Shown one piece after another: positions 11,026-23,829 of a stretch of DNA of 64,000 nucleotides. Each line of letters begins with the position of its first letter. Within the stretch, counting starts at the first letter, position 1. The translations under genes were made by a program, and so were the position numbers. The notes beneath the pieces were generated by a model. That model searched no databases and had not been told where the DNA came from. It worked only from the letters and a program-made list of their open reading frames with translations. The stretch comes from Eledone cirrhosa (Eukaryota), in assembly GCA_964016885.1 (NCBI GenBank), contig OZ024740.1:100998001-101062000 (forward strand). The letters run 5' to 3'.

Positions 11026-12362
11026 GTATGTGTATATATATATATATAACTTATAGAAAATAATGTGATACATAACTTAATATTATATATATGTGTGTGT
11101 GTGTGTATATATATACATATATGATATGTTCAACTGTGTTTGCGAGTGTGTGTACAAATATATATATATATATATACATATATGTGTGTGTGTGTGTGTG
11201 TGTTTGTGTTTTGTAGTACATTGGAGTCGTATTTACACATAGGCAACAAGTTGAAAAATTTGAGGTTGTCCCTATACACTTGTTGATGCAAGATATAAAT
11301 TTCTGACAACAGTGTGGACTCAATTACAATATTAGAGGGAAACACCATGAATAAAATTTTGATTGCATATATGCCAAATTACAATAGATAAGGAAACAAC
11401 AGTGAATACCAGAGGGAAAAGAATTTGTATCTTACTCGGTCTGTAATTATTTTTGATGCACCATTTACAAACCATAAATACACCTAATAGGTATTGTAAA
11501 AGCAACTCAAACTGACAGCATCCTCCTCAACAGGCATTCATTCAATACACTCAGCTCCGAAAAAGCTACTTGGGTACTGCCACATCATAGTGGAAGTTGT
11601 ACAGTGGTGTCTCCATCGTGTGTGTATGAAGAAGAGAAAAGAATTTGTATCTTACCTGGCCTGTAACGTTATATATATATATGTGATGGCTGCAAACTCT
11701 GCTAAGAGTATTGCAATGGTCAGCCACATGAACCTGTAACATATCCTGAACAAGCAATGCATGTGATTTGAAGGTTGTTTTTTTAAGTGGGGAAAGGCCT
11801 TACACTCGACCAATCCCACTCTCTGAGCATCGAAAACACTACCCGAAAAGGAGAACTGGTGAACATCAACTACAATTTGGATGGCCGTTCACTCTGCTGA
11901 GTTCCTCCGTCCTTTGCCAGGTCTTATATTTCATCCCGCAGGGTGTCCAAATATCACCCTCCTCACCAAGCTTGCTTAGTGGGGTTGCCGGTTTAGTTGC
12001 CAACAACACGACGATTAGACAGTTTGTACTAGGTTATATGTTACCAGTAGCACTCGAGAGTGATCTGACATATATATATATAATCATCATCATCGTTTAA
12101 CATCCATTTTCCATGCTAGCATAGGTAGGACAATGATATATATATATACATCACCAACCACTTTACAGCATATAAAGGGGTTGGTGGTAGGGAGGTCATC
12201 CTCCAGTAGAAAGCATGCCAAAAAATATGTTGGAAGGACTCTTCAGTAGTCTCAAAGGCATGACAATCTCTTCATTATTGGTGCTCAGTTCCATAAATGC
12301 TCCCCATACATGCTGGTTGGTGATATATATATATATATATATATCCTATATATATATATATT

Positions 12363-13408
12363 CTCTGCCCCAAATGCAACGAGTGGGTACACAATAGATG
12401 TAGTGGAATTTTAGGAAGTTTAACTAAGAGTGTAGGCTTCATATGTAGCAGCTGTGCTGGGACAGCAAGCAGCAAACGGCCACAGGAAACAAGCACCACC
12501 AAACTCTGGGAGGGCTCTGTAGAAACAGTAGACAGCTTATGCTACCTAGGTGACCGAATTAGCAGCAGAGGTGGGTATTTGGCAAGTACAATAACTAGGG
12601 TAAGAACGGGATGGAAGAAGTTTACGGAGCTACTGCCACTGCTAGCTACAACAGGCTTTTCTCTCAAAATGAGAGGCAGACTGTATGATGCGTGAATACG
12701 AACAGCTATGTTACATGGAAGTGAAACCTGGGCGCTGTCTGTAGAAGACTTGCACAGATTAGAAAGAAACGAAGCTTGCATGCTCCGATGGATGTGTAAT
12801 AATAATATACGCGAATGGCAAAGCATAAATGAATTGAGAGAGAGACTGAGCATCAGAGGAATCAAATGCTGTGTGCAGGAGAGGCGGTTGCGTTGGTATG
12901 GACATGTGATGCGTATGAAGAATGACAGCTGCATAAAAAGGTGCAGAGCACTAGAACTCGATGGAAGCCGCGGAGTGGGGAGACCCAAGAAGACCTAGGA
13001 TGAGGTAATAAGGCCGACCTTACCCAAGTGCACTGACACATGACTGTGACCTCTGGTGTCACGCCATAATACAGAAGGCCCGACCCCCAACAGGAACAAG
13101 CTGAAGCTGAAGCATATAGACAATATGCCCACACACCCTCCCACTGCAAAGTGGTCGTGGAGAAGCCACGGCAAAAAAGCACCCAGCCCACACTGTAAAG
13201 TGGACGTGTAGGCGCCACGGAAAAAGCACCCAGCACTCACTGTAAATGAGGTTGGTGTTAGGAAGGGCATCCAGCTGTAGAAATCAAGCCAGAATCAGTC
13301 CTGTATGAGCAAGACAAGGTGAACTGACTGGACACTGCTCACAAGAGGACAACTCGTCTAACCCATGCTAGCATGGAAGAACGGATATAAAACGATGATG
13401 ATGATGAT
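12363..13408 (+). mobile_element. 5'-truncated RTE-clade LINE (RT C-terminus, 3' UTR, (GAT)n tail)
   Basis: LCPKCNEWVHNRCSG...FICSSC...VDSLCYLGD...WKKFTEL...MLHGSETWA...RLRWYGHVMRM...GRPKKT; in-frame stops; inserted in (AT)n. Confidence 0.9.
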
Positions 13409-13418
13409 ATATATATAT

Positions 13419-13681
13419 AAGTTTATCCTGGGTTCAATCGGGGGTAACCACAGTAAGTAAGGTACTCAATACATAGTAGAGTATAAATATTTAATATAAA
13501 AATGGCTTCTATAGGACTAAAACTGTTTTATTCAGGAGAAATCATCAGGGCTTGCTGATGATTTCTCCCAAATGAAACAGTTCTAGTCCTGTAAAAGCCG
13601 TTTCCATATTAAATATTTATACTCTACTATGTATTGAGTACCTTACTTACTGTGATTACCCCCGATTGAACCCAGGATAAA

Positions 13682-13685
<4 letters not shown>
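13419..13685. mobile_element. Non-coding ~265-bp palindromic element with back-to-back hammerhead cores at its apex
   Basis: AAGTTTATCCTGGGTTCAATCGGGGG... pairs with ...CCCCCGATTGAACCCAGGATAAACTT; centre TCATCAG-GGCTTG-CTGATGA; (TA)n on both sides. Confidence 0.8.
13547..13590 (+). ncRNA. Minimal hammerhead-like motif
   Basis: AGGGCUUG-CUGAUGA-UUUCUCCCAAAU-GAAA-CAG-UU-CUAGUCCU; stem I 7 of 8 pairs, weak stem II, GUU triplet. Confidence 0.5.
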
Positions 13686-13724
<39 letters not shown>

Positions 13725-13796
13725 TCATCATCATCATCATCGTTTAAAGTGTATCTTCCACACTAGCTTGGGTTTATATATATATATATATATATT

Positions 13797-14125
13797 CATC
13801 ATCATCACTAACATCCATTTTTCCACGCTAGAATGGATTAGACGAGCTGTCCTGTTTTGAGATAGGCCAGGTCAGGTGACCATATCTTTCTCATACAGAA
13901 CTGATTTCAGCTTGGTTCCTACAACTGGATGCCCTTCCTGATGCCAACCACATTTACCGTGAGTACAGGGTACATTTTGTTGTGATTCCTATATGGCCCC
14001 CTTGACAGTGTGGGCTGAGTGCTTTTCGTTGATACCTATGCTACCACCTTACAGTGTGGTCTTGGTGCTTTTTGTCGTAACACCTACAGAACTATTTTAC
14101 AGTATGGGCTGGGGACTTTGGTGGG
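13797..14125 (-). mobile_element. Diverged SINE/RTE 3' segment
   Basis: (CAT)n, TTCCACGCTAG, GGATGCCCTTCCT core and ~45-bp repeats in antisense orientation. Confidence 0.65.
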
Positions 14126-15071
14126 AAAGTTGTGTGGGTATTGGGGACGTGGTTATATGACCATGTGTGACAGGTGCGCTGTTAGGACATGGAATGTCTA
14201 TAGAAGGGAGATGGGGTGAAGGTGGTGCATACTAGTTGTATGCTTCAGCTTATACTCATGCAAGGTGTATGGAAGTGGGGATAGAGTTGGAGAAGGTGCA
14301 TACACTATGTATGCTTGAGCCGGTGCATCTTGGGAAGAAGAAGAAAGCAAAACAAGATGATTTGTTAAATAACAAAATAAAACAGTCGTTTTCATCTCAA
14401 TCCTAAACTGCCAATAATGCCCTGTGGGTTTAATTTCACAGTGAGACTAGATACGTTTGGAAATGACTCCATATCTGTTCATTTATTTATAAGCCATGCT
14501 ATATTGGTACTGAAGCAATTATGTTCTGCCTGTCAACCTGTATCATTATGCAAATGAGTTGTGCGAAGTACAATTTTGTTTACATCTTTAATAAGTAGAC
14601 ATCTGTTACTTTATCTCATCACCTTTGGGAGGGAAGAGGAGCTAATTTTGATTAAGAATGAAAGTAATTGGTAGCATGTTTATACTTAAATGAACATACA
14701 CACACGTGTGCATGCATAGACACACACACACACACACACATACGCAAACATATACATGTGTGTGTGTCTGTGAATTTATTTATGATGATGATATACACCT
14801 GATGTCAAACAATTCCAAGATATCGTTAAGAATGCCTGCACTGGTAAAATGCTGTGTCATCATCATCATCATCATTAATCTATGTCTGCTTTCCACACTG
14901 GCAAGGGTTGGAAGAGTTGTTGTGATCTGAACAGTGGCGAAGGGTAACCTGGAAAGCAGGGCATGCAGTCCAATTGCCATGGTGGAAAGTGGGGCTGTGC
15001 AGCCTCACCCCCCCTCCCAATTCCCTCTAAATGACCCTCCCGGTCAAAGCCGCATGTAGTGTTATGTAGTG

Positions 15072-15232
15072 TGTGTGTGTGTTATCTTTTTATGTGTCTA
15101 TGATTTAGTAAACAGTCAAAATTCTGCTTGCTTCAACCAACGCTGTCGTGTGTTTGTGTGTCTGTGTGTGTTATCTTTTTATGTGTCTACGATTTAGTAA
15201 GCAGCCAAATTTCTGCTTGCTTCAGCCGACGC
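15072..15232. repeat. ~90-bp tandem duplication
   Basis: TGTGTGTGTTATCTTTTTATGTGTCTA.GATTTAGTAA.CAG.CAAA.TTCTGCTTGCTTCA.CC.ACGC occurs twice. Confidence 0.8.
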
Positions 15233-15444
15233 AATTGATCAACTCAAGATTCTATAACACATGCACACACCCTTCGCCCCTGGATCTGAGAGCTAATGGG
15301 TTGGATCAACCCATCTTGCTCATACATTCTATATTTTGCATGGTTTTTATAGCTGGAGACTCTCCCTAATGCCAACCCTCATATAGGTCGTACTAGGTGC
15401 ATTTTATCATAGTATTAGCACTAAAGAGATTGTTACATTCTTAT

Positions 15445-15822
15445 CTAAACTGAGCACCTTTTTGATCTCCATGTGTCTAACACACGTGGACATGCCTACA
15501 AAGTCAGAAAACAACACAGCTCCCATGACTTTCGGAAATTTTTTTCACGCTTAGAGTTGTTGAAGCATGGAACAAACTGCCTGCGTCAGTTGTTAGCTGC
15601 CGACACACTGCATCCTTTAAAACCCTCATGCTTCCCGAAATTCGCCAAAACTACACCTGATGTCCCCCTTCCATACACATGCACACATGTGTATATCATG
15701 AGTCCATGCACTGTTCATTTTCCTGATGTTTGTACATTACCCTATGTACTATACATACACTTTTGATGAGTTGTCGTGCACCTGAGCACTGTACACAATA
15801 TTTTCATTATTATCATTATTAT
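15445..15822 (+). mobile_element. CR1-clade LINE 3' end
   Basis: SNTRGHAYKVRKQHSSHDFRK; highly similar to the 63190-63555 segment; (TTA)n tail. Confidence 0.85.
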
Positions 15823-16009
15823 CAAGTGTATTGTCCATGTACATTACATGCTCATTCCAAAGCAGTCTTCTTTCCTACACACTCATTCTGATTCCTCTTA
15901 TGCTGAGTTTTTCTTTCAGTTCATCTAAGCTCTGCCTTTCTCTCACATTAACATTGCACATGCTTGCTTCATTTCTCTCCAGCCTACACATATCCTGTAC
16001 AGTCGCTGC

Positions 16010-16370
16010 CCATGTTTCACTACCTGCATCAGTTAGCCATCAGGAGAAAATAGTACAGCTCCCATGACCTTTTGAAACATTTTTTCATGCTCAGAGTTGC
16101 TGAAGCATTGAACAAACTACCTGCATCAGTTGTTAGCTGTCATGATACTGCATCCTTAAAACTTCCATGCTTCCCAAAATTCATCAACACTACACTTGAT
16201 ATTCCCATTCCATACACATGCCCACATGTGTGTCTATGTGTATATCATGACTCATACACTGTTCACTTTCCTGACATTTGTACTTTATTTTTTGTACTAT
16301 ACATGCACGTTTGATGAGTCATAGTGCACCTGAGCACTGTACACAATAGTTTTCATTATCACTATTACTA
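16010..16370 (+). mobile_element. CR1-clade LINE 3' end
   Basis: HFFMLRVAEALNKLPASVV and the same 3' UTR ending GTGCACCTGAGCACTGTACACAATA. Confidence 0.8.
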
Positions 16371-16371
16371 T

Positions 16372-17720
16372 TGTACTGTGCACACATATGTCATACATCT
16401 GTCCTTTCGTTTGGAGGGAGAAACATGTTGTTGTCAATAGAGGGACTAGCTCCCTAAACTTGTTCTAGCTACTATGCTCTCAGATCACCCTCCTCCATTG
16501 CTAATCCCCTAGGTAGCAGAAGCTAACCACCACTTCTATGGATCATTAATTGTTTCTACTTTTGGCACAAGGCCAGCAATTATCCAGTGTATTACTGGTA
16601 CTTTATTTTATCGACCCCATTGGATCATTAATGCGATTGGAAAAGGTTTATATCACTAACACTCTTCCAGTTAATTACCTCTATGCATCTTCTACATACA
16701 AAATCTTTCTTTCCTGTTAGTCTGCCTGCTACCCCACTACACCCCTTATATATATCTAGGATTTGCATTGTGTACATCATATAGAGTTTCTGCCTACTCC
16801 TTTTTTTACATATTAAACAGGGCCACTTCCCTGATTGCATAAGGGCCCTGTCTTCTTTTCTACTTACTAACACTTCAGTTTTTGCGAAATTTACTCTCAG
16901 ACCTTTTGATTGTAAATTCTGTTTCCAGTTCTTCTATGGATTCAGCTATAAGAACAAGAAAACTGTAATAAACAGAAATGGACTGAGGACCAAACCCTGA
17001 CAAACTCATACCGGAACCTTGAATTTCTCACTAGATTCTTTTCCTACTTTCACTTTAGTCACAGTTCCTCTGTATATGGCTTTAACCGCTCTCACATGCC
17101 ATTCTTCTACACACAATGTCCTTAGGAACCACCAGAGGACAGACCTAGGTAATTTGTCAAAGGCCGTTTCTAGAACAAGAAAACCTAAATATAGCTGCTT
17201 ATTCTTGGCTAGGAACCTCTCTTGTAGTTGTGTCACAAAGGAGAGGAAATCTGTAGTACTTTTTCCAGGCACAAAACCAAAACTTCATCTCATCGAATTT
17301 GAGTATATCCTTAATTAACTGTGCTATAACTCTTACCCTTACCTTCATAATTGGATCCATTAGCTTTATTCCTCTATAGTTGTTCTTCACTAGGCCATCA
17401 CCTTTGTAGCAATTACCCTTGTAGCTATTAACAAGTGTACTGCTGCACCAGTCGTTAAGTCTAACTCTGTCCTGTGTTATTTGATTGACTATGCAGGTTT
17501 CTAATTCAGCTTCTACTTTTCCTGATGCTTTTAACATCTCAATGACCATTGATGGCGGTCCTGTGGCTTTATAATTCATCAATTTATTCATTGCTTCTTT
17601 GGCCCTCTAAGTATTGATTTTGATAGCTGGTTCTTCTGTTGGATCCGCTGAACGTAGTCTCTCTTTCTATCATTCATTTCCCTTAAATTGAAAAAATGCT
17701 GAATGTCCTTAATAGATTTT
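16372..17720 (-). mobile_element. Decayed RTE-clade LINE RT region (interrupted by a SINE-2 tail at 16548-16625)
   Basis: KATGP...NYRGIKLMD...PGKSTTD...QLQERF...LETAFDKLPR...QGLVLSP...KTEVL...GKWPCLICKK...CSG...FVCRRC...CYLG. Confidence 0.8.
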
Positions 17721-18984
17721 AAACTATATATATGCGTGTGTGTAGGTTCTAGTTCTGTAGAAATCATATCTATATATAATAAAGACATATATACATATAT
17801 AATATATAGATAAATAGATAGAGAGAGAAATATATATATATATATATTGCTATCATCATAATCGCTTTTATGTACGGTCTTCCATGCTTGCATGGGTTGG
17901 ATGGGTCCAACATCCAACACAGCATCTCTCCAATCACTGTTATTCTTTGTCTCCTCCTTTGCATATATCAGCAATTTGAGGTCAGCTCTCACCAACTCAG
18001 CGGATGAAGATGAAGGGCTTTTCGTACATGCCTACTTTAGCCACCCATACTACCATGCATAGCACTAGCATGACTAGTGTTAGCCCTATATATGCAATTA
18101 ATGAAAATTGTATTTGTGCCTGTCACATTTTTTAAGGACTTTTCTAGCTGGAAGCCCTTGCTATCATCAACCGCTTTGCAGCATTGACTAAGTACATTAT
18201 TCGTGCCACCAGCACTAGAGTGGTTGTCTTACTGGATTCTCCACCCCTTTTCAGTTTTTATTTGGAGTGTCTACTCCCCTAGACATGTTACCTTCACTTT
18301 GGTTTACAGAGCCCCATGTCTTTTCCCTTAGTATATGAATATATTATGCAAACAAGTATTTATATTCTCAGTTCAAAACCCCTGCAGTAACCTTTACATT
18401 TCCTCATTCTGAGATTGATAAATTAAAGGTATCAATAAAGTACTGTCACCTATATAATTGATACAACTCTCTCACCAAATTTCTGGCTTTGATCTTATCT
18501 GAAAAATATACTGTGTACGCTTCCTTTACATTTCTATATATAGAGATACACACTCATAACCATTCTCTTTAATCTTTTACTTGTTTCAGTCATCATATTG
18601 TGGTTAAGCAGGGGCCCCATCTTCAAGGGATTTAATTGCTCAAGTCCACCACAGTAATTCTTTTTCACGATAGCTACTTACTTTATCAATCTGTTTTTGT
18701 TGAACTATTACATTACAGGACCTAAACAAACAACAAATGTAAATACAAACATGACCACACATCATCATCATATTTATCATTTCTACTTTCATTGCCCAAA
18801 ACTAGACAGGCTGGAAGCCCATGTCATGCTCATACATTCCATTTTTGAAATGATTTCTACAACTGTATGCCAACACACACATATATAATATATATAATTT
18901 CAAAGCAATCCTTTAGAGCATTGTGGCAATACAATCATTTTAAATGAATAAAAGCCCCAAAAATGTATATAATGTGTCTAACAC

Positions 18985-19340
18985 ATTCCATGTGTCTAAC
19001 ACACGTGGGCATGCCAACAAATTCAGAAAACAGCACAGCTCCCATGACTTTCGGAAATATTTTTTTACACTCAGAGTTGCTCAAGCATGGACGAAACTAT
19101 CTGCATCAGTTGTTAGCTGTCGAGACACTGCATCCTTTAAAACTTCCATGCTTCCCGAGATTCGCCACCACTACACCTAATATTCCCCCTCCATACACAT
19201 GCATACATGTATATCCTGACTCATACACTATTCACTTCCCTGACATTTGTATATTATTCTATGTAGTATACATGCACCTTTGATGAGTTGTAGTGTACCT
19301 GAGCACTGTACACAATAATTTCATTATTATTATTATTATA
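18985..19340 (+). mobile_element. CR1-clade LINE 3' end
   Basis: HVSNTRGHANKFRKQHSSHDFRKYFFTLRVAQAWTKL; (TTA)n tail. Confidence 0.85.
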
Positions 19341-19547
19341 AAGAATTAAAACTATAAATGTATGTGTGTGTGTCAGCACACGTGTTTTGACTATGGCAGC
19401 GATTGAAAATTTTAAAATTGAGCTGGAAGCTTTCCGCCATAATTTGAATAGAGAAAATTTTTAATAACAGATCATATAAGCCACATAATAAAAAAAATGT
19501 TTATTATAATTCTCCTAGCCATAATGGAAGTGTTTAATACCGGTTAT

Positions 19548-19815
19548 ACATGGGAACCTCTCTGTGCTAATGATCTGGTTCTTATAGCAATGTCTGAGGA
19601 AGAGCTAGTGAAGAAATTCTTGCTTTGGAAATAAAATGTGGAATCAAAAGAGCTTAGAGTAAACTCGGGAAATACTCAAGTTATAGGAAATATGAAAGAA
19701 AATAGGGCCCTGATCTCATCAGGAAATTGTCTTGCTCGATAAGTAAAGAAGGATTTTGTGGAAACTCTATACAATCTATACAAGGTAATCTTAAGTACAA
19801 AAAGGTGTAGTGGTT
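19548..19815 (+). mobile_element. Decayed RTE RT fragment (YADD region)
   Basis: W..LCANDLVLIAMSEEELVKKF..WK..VESKELRVN..NT; homologous to 16750-16960. Confidence 0.65.
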
Positions 19816-20157
19816 GTAAACATAAACATAGCCATAAACTCACTCACAAATACACACACACACACATATATATATATATACACATATATATATATATGTG
19901 TGTGTGTATATATGTGTGTATATATAAATATTGCAGTGCCTTTGCTCACTATAAAAGCTTCACGGCACAGGCATTGCTTTATATCTGGAGATCTCTCTGC
20001 ACTTGTCGTCACATGGCACCAGAGATTTCAAGTCGCTGGCTGGACTAAAAAGTCACACTCGTTCAGCGCATCTGTAGGGGTTCTCCTACATGGATATAAA
20101 GTAGTGGCCGTACTCGAAAACGAGTTGGCAGCCACCATATATAAATATATGTGTATG

Positions 20158-20197
<40 letters not shown>

Positions 20198-20202
20198 TAT
20201 GT

Positions 20203-20547
20203 ATCATCATCATTTCATTTTTCATTTACGTCCGCTTTTTCCCTGCTTGCAAGGGTGGGACGGGAACTGATTCTGGCTTGATTTCTATAGCTGGATGCCC
20301 TTCCTAACATCAACCTGATTTACAGTGACTGCTGAGTGCTTTTTTACCGTGGCACCTCCACGACCATTTTGCAGTGGAATGATATGGACGCCAGTCCCTA
20401 TCATCGCATTTCTACAGCTGAGTAAACTGGAGCAATGTGAAATAGAGTGTCTTGCTCAAGGAAACAACACATCACCCGGTCTGAGAATTGAACTCACAAC
20501 CTTTCGATTGCAAGGCCAATGCTCTAACCACTAAGCCATGTGCCTCC
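20203..20547 (-). mobile_element. tRNA-derived SINE family 1, full length
   Basis: Near-identical to 7170-7517; inserted in (AT)n. Confidence 0.9.
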
Positions 20548-21035
20548 ATATATATGTATATATATGTATGTACATATATATGTATATATATATGTATATA
20601 TATATATATATGAATATATGTATAACTGATATAACTTATTGTTGTCTACTATACACCATGGTTGATTGGTTTATTTTATCGACTGTATGTTTTTTCTGAT
20701 ATCTTCTATATTTTCATTGAAATTCAGTAGCAACAATATTGCAAAATAAATTTTTAAAGAATATCAAGAATATATTTAATAAAGTAAATAAATCTTTGAA
20801 AAATCAAATATAAATAAATATTAAAAGGGAAATGTAATATGATAGTTTTGAGAAAACTGAAGAAATCTGAACTGAAATATATTCATGCTTCTTTTTTTAT
20901 TCGTATTTTTTTGTTTTTGTTTTTTTTTGTGAAGCAACAAAAGTAAAAATTTAAACAACCAAAAATACATATAAAGGAAATAACAATATTTTTTTGTTTT
21001 CCTACTACTTCCTAAATGATTACTACTACTACTGA

Positions 21036-21073
<38 letters not shown>

Positions 21074-21688
21074 ATACTTATTCCAATGATAATGAAGATG
21101 GTAATCCTGCATGTATATTTGTTTCTGAGCATCCTACTCTCCCATAAATATGTGTGAATAAGTATGTGTGTATGTATGTGCATGTGTTTTCTTTGTAGAT
21201 ATATATAGATTTGAACTCAACACAGCATGGTAATAAAACACTCTAATTATACAGTGTTCCTACCCACTGTCTACAGCAGACAAATACACAGGTATACAGA
21301 GATAGATTGAATAGTGGAGAAAATGAACCAATTTTCAGGCTCTGACCCTGCACCCCATGCAACACCACATTGCATCGTACACATGCAGTAAGATCCTCAG
21401 CTGGGAAGGGTTATGGTATATTCTGCATGTACTACAGAGATGACTTGCAACCAAGGATTTGAACCAACCTGCAAAGTTTTGCTTTCAATTGTACTTGTAA
21501 TGTGTTCTCAGGTAATACTGGAGTGTCCCCTTAAGAGGTTTGAGCATGGTTGTATGGAAGACTATCAGTTACATATACACCAGGACTCCTCTCTTCATGC
21601 TACCCATGTTGTCCAAAAGAATGGCAAAGGCTGACAGAGCTGGGTACTAGTGCATGCTTTGTTATCATAATTCTATAAAAAATACTGT

Positions 21689-22028
21689 ATCATCATCATT
21701 TCATTTTACGTCCGCTTTTTTCTCTGCTTGCAAGGGTGAGACGGGAACTGTTTCTGGCTTGATTTCTACAGCTGGATGCTCTTCCTAACACCAACCTCAT
21801 TTACAGTGAGTTCTGGGTGCTTTTTTGCCGTGGCACCTCCACGACCACTTTGCAGTGGAATGATATGGATCTCAGTCCCTATCATCTCATTTCTACAGCT
21901 GAGTAAACTGGAGTAATGTGAAATAAAGTTTCTTGCTCAAGGAAACAACACATCACCCGGTCTGTGAATTGAACGCACAACCTTTCGATTGCAAGGCCAA
22001 TGCTCTAACCACTAAGCCATGTGCCTCC
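21689..22028 (-). mobile_element. tRNA-derived SINE family 1, full length
   Basis: Near-identical to 7170-7517; possible TSD ACTGTAT (21684-21690 and 22048-22054) around a short head duplication. Confidence 0.9.
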
Positions 22029-23829
22029 ATAGCCATGTGCCTGCATAACTGTATATAATTCTCAAATAATTTTGAAAATAATCAAGAATATGGAGGAATT
22101 TAGTTTTATAACTAACTTTCTCATTATTAAGATGGTATTTGGAACAACAGTTCTAACATAAGATTGTAATAGAAGTAATTTAGATACATATAGATAAGTA
22201 ACATAGAACTTGGGGTGGTGTCAGTCCATTTGGTATTAAAAAGGCTGATAAAGTATTTCAGACTTTAGCAGAATATATTTTGTGTGAGGAATATAGTTGT
22301 TTTAAACAAAACCAGTACTTAACTGGTGCATATTTCAACAACAACTAGGAAAAGATGGAAATCTATCCTCATATGATTTGATCTTAAAATATAAAGGATA
22401 GTGCATAATTAGTTACTGTAACATATTTTACTGCTAGTCAACTGATTCTGCCTTCTAGCAAGCAATAATAATAATAATCATTTCATTAATTGTCATATGG
22501 ATAAACCACAGATTAGAGCACTTTAAAGGAAAAAAAATGTTTAAATGCCAGAAATTCTGTATGAAAATGCGAACATGAGCAATAATAGTATAAAAGGAAT
22601 TGCAATATAACCTCCCAGGAGAAGGACAGCTATCTTGAGCCAAACAAGGATCCCTAAATTCCAGATTGATTACATATACGTGCTATTGCCCATGCCCTAT
22701 CCCATCTGTATTGTCCAGCCTACAAGCACATGCTGAGAGTCACCTTTGTTGCTCTCATACCTGTCTTAAGAAATTTACAACATAGCACCTGCTCCCTCTC
22801 GACCCTCACTTTCTCTCCAAGTGGATCTTATAATATTCTTTTATTAGCAGCCACTAGAGCCAAAGACGCTGGGAAAAGCAGAAGGAGGAAATAGGAAAAA
22901 AATTCAAGAAACAGTGGATTGGGGTTTTATATGGAATAAAAGGTTCAACAAGAACATTAAAGACACATTAACTCAACGTCCTGTACTAGATGAATCGACA
23001 TTAGTAAGACATTCTTGAAAAGTATTATCATTGCATAACATTTAAAAGTAAAGTCTTTACTCTAATACTGCAATTATTTACAATGATCTGTCCTCTAGTA
23101 AAGATACAATCATCCTTTGATTTAATAGACACCAGTTTTACACATTTTTGGCTAATTCATTACAGGATGTTAAGAGCTAACAATAAATAACAATAACAGT
23201 ATAGAACTTCTGTGTTATTTCTTATATCTAGTGTCTATTTACTAAAGTGTCCTTATTGTTATTTAAGTCTCTTTTATGTAATATAACCCCACCACCTTTA
23301 TGCAATTTTACCTCTGACCCCACTGTGATGTGTTAGTTGTTTTCCTATGTATTTTACATTTGTACTGTCCTCAACATCTTCGAATCTTGTAACTAATAAA
23401 AGAATTCATTATTTACTGTACTAGCTTGGGATGGAAAATTATTATTATTAATTTGATATTTGGATTTTGCTTTGTGTTTGTACCAGCTGACTCCAGGTTT
23501 TACCCAGAGGCCTCAAAATACAGCAAGTTATAAGTTCAAGTGGACATTATGCAAAGGATGGTTGATAACTGTCATGTTTTGGGGGAAAGGATGTAGTTCA
23601 GTGGTAGGGATTTGTGTTTTAATTATGCGTTTGGGGACTTAAGATGTATTCTACTAAAAGATGTGTCAAAACAAGACATTTATAAGTTTGTTCAAAAGTA
23701 GTTGTTAGGAGTTAAAATGATAGTATGACAATAAAATAATAATAGGTATTTACAATTATGTCTTTTTAACAGCGCTTTTGATAATATGTGAAAAAGGATT
23801 GTTTTGTATTACTATTATTATTATTATTA

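Noticed and set aside
19930-20138. Possible hAT/MITE between TA tracts
   Set aside because: Only one end resembles a TIR; no matching inverted terminus or TSD.
21540-21660. Possible HDV-like ribozyme or RTE 5' remnant (GACTCCTCTC...TGTCCAA...GGCAAAGG)
   Set aside because: The nested double pseudoknot could not be built; too decayed to support.
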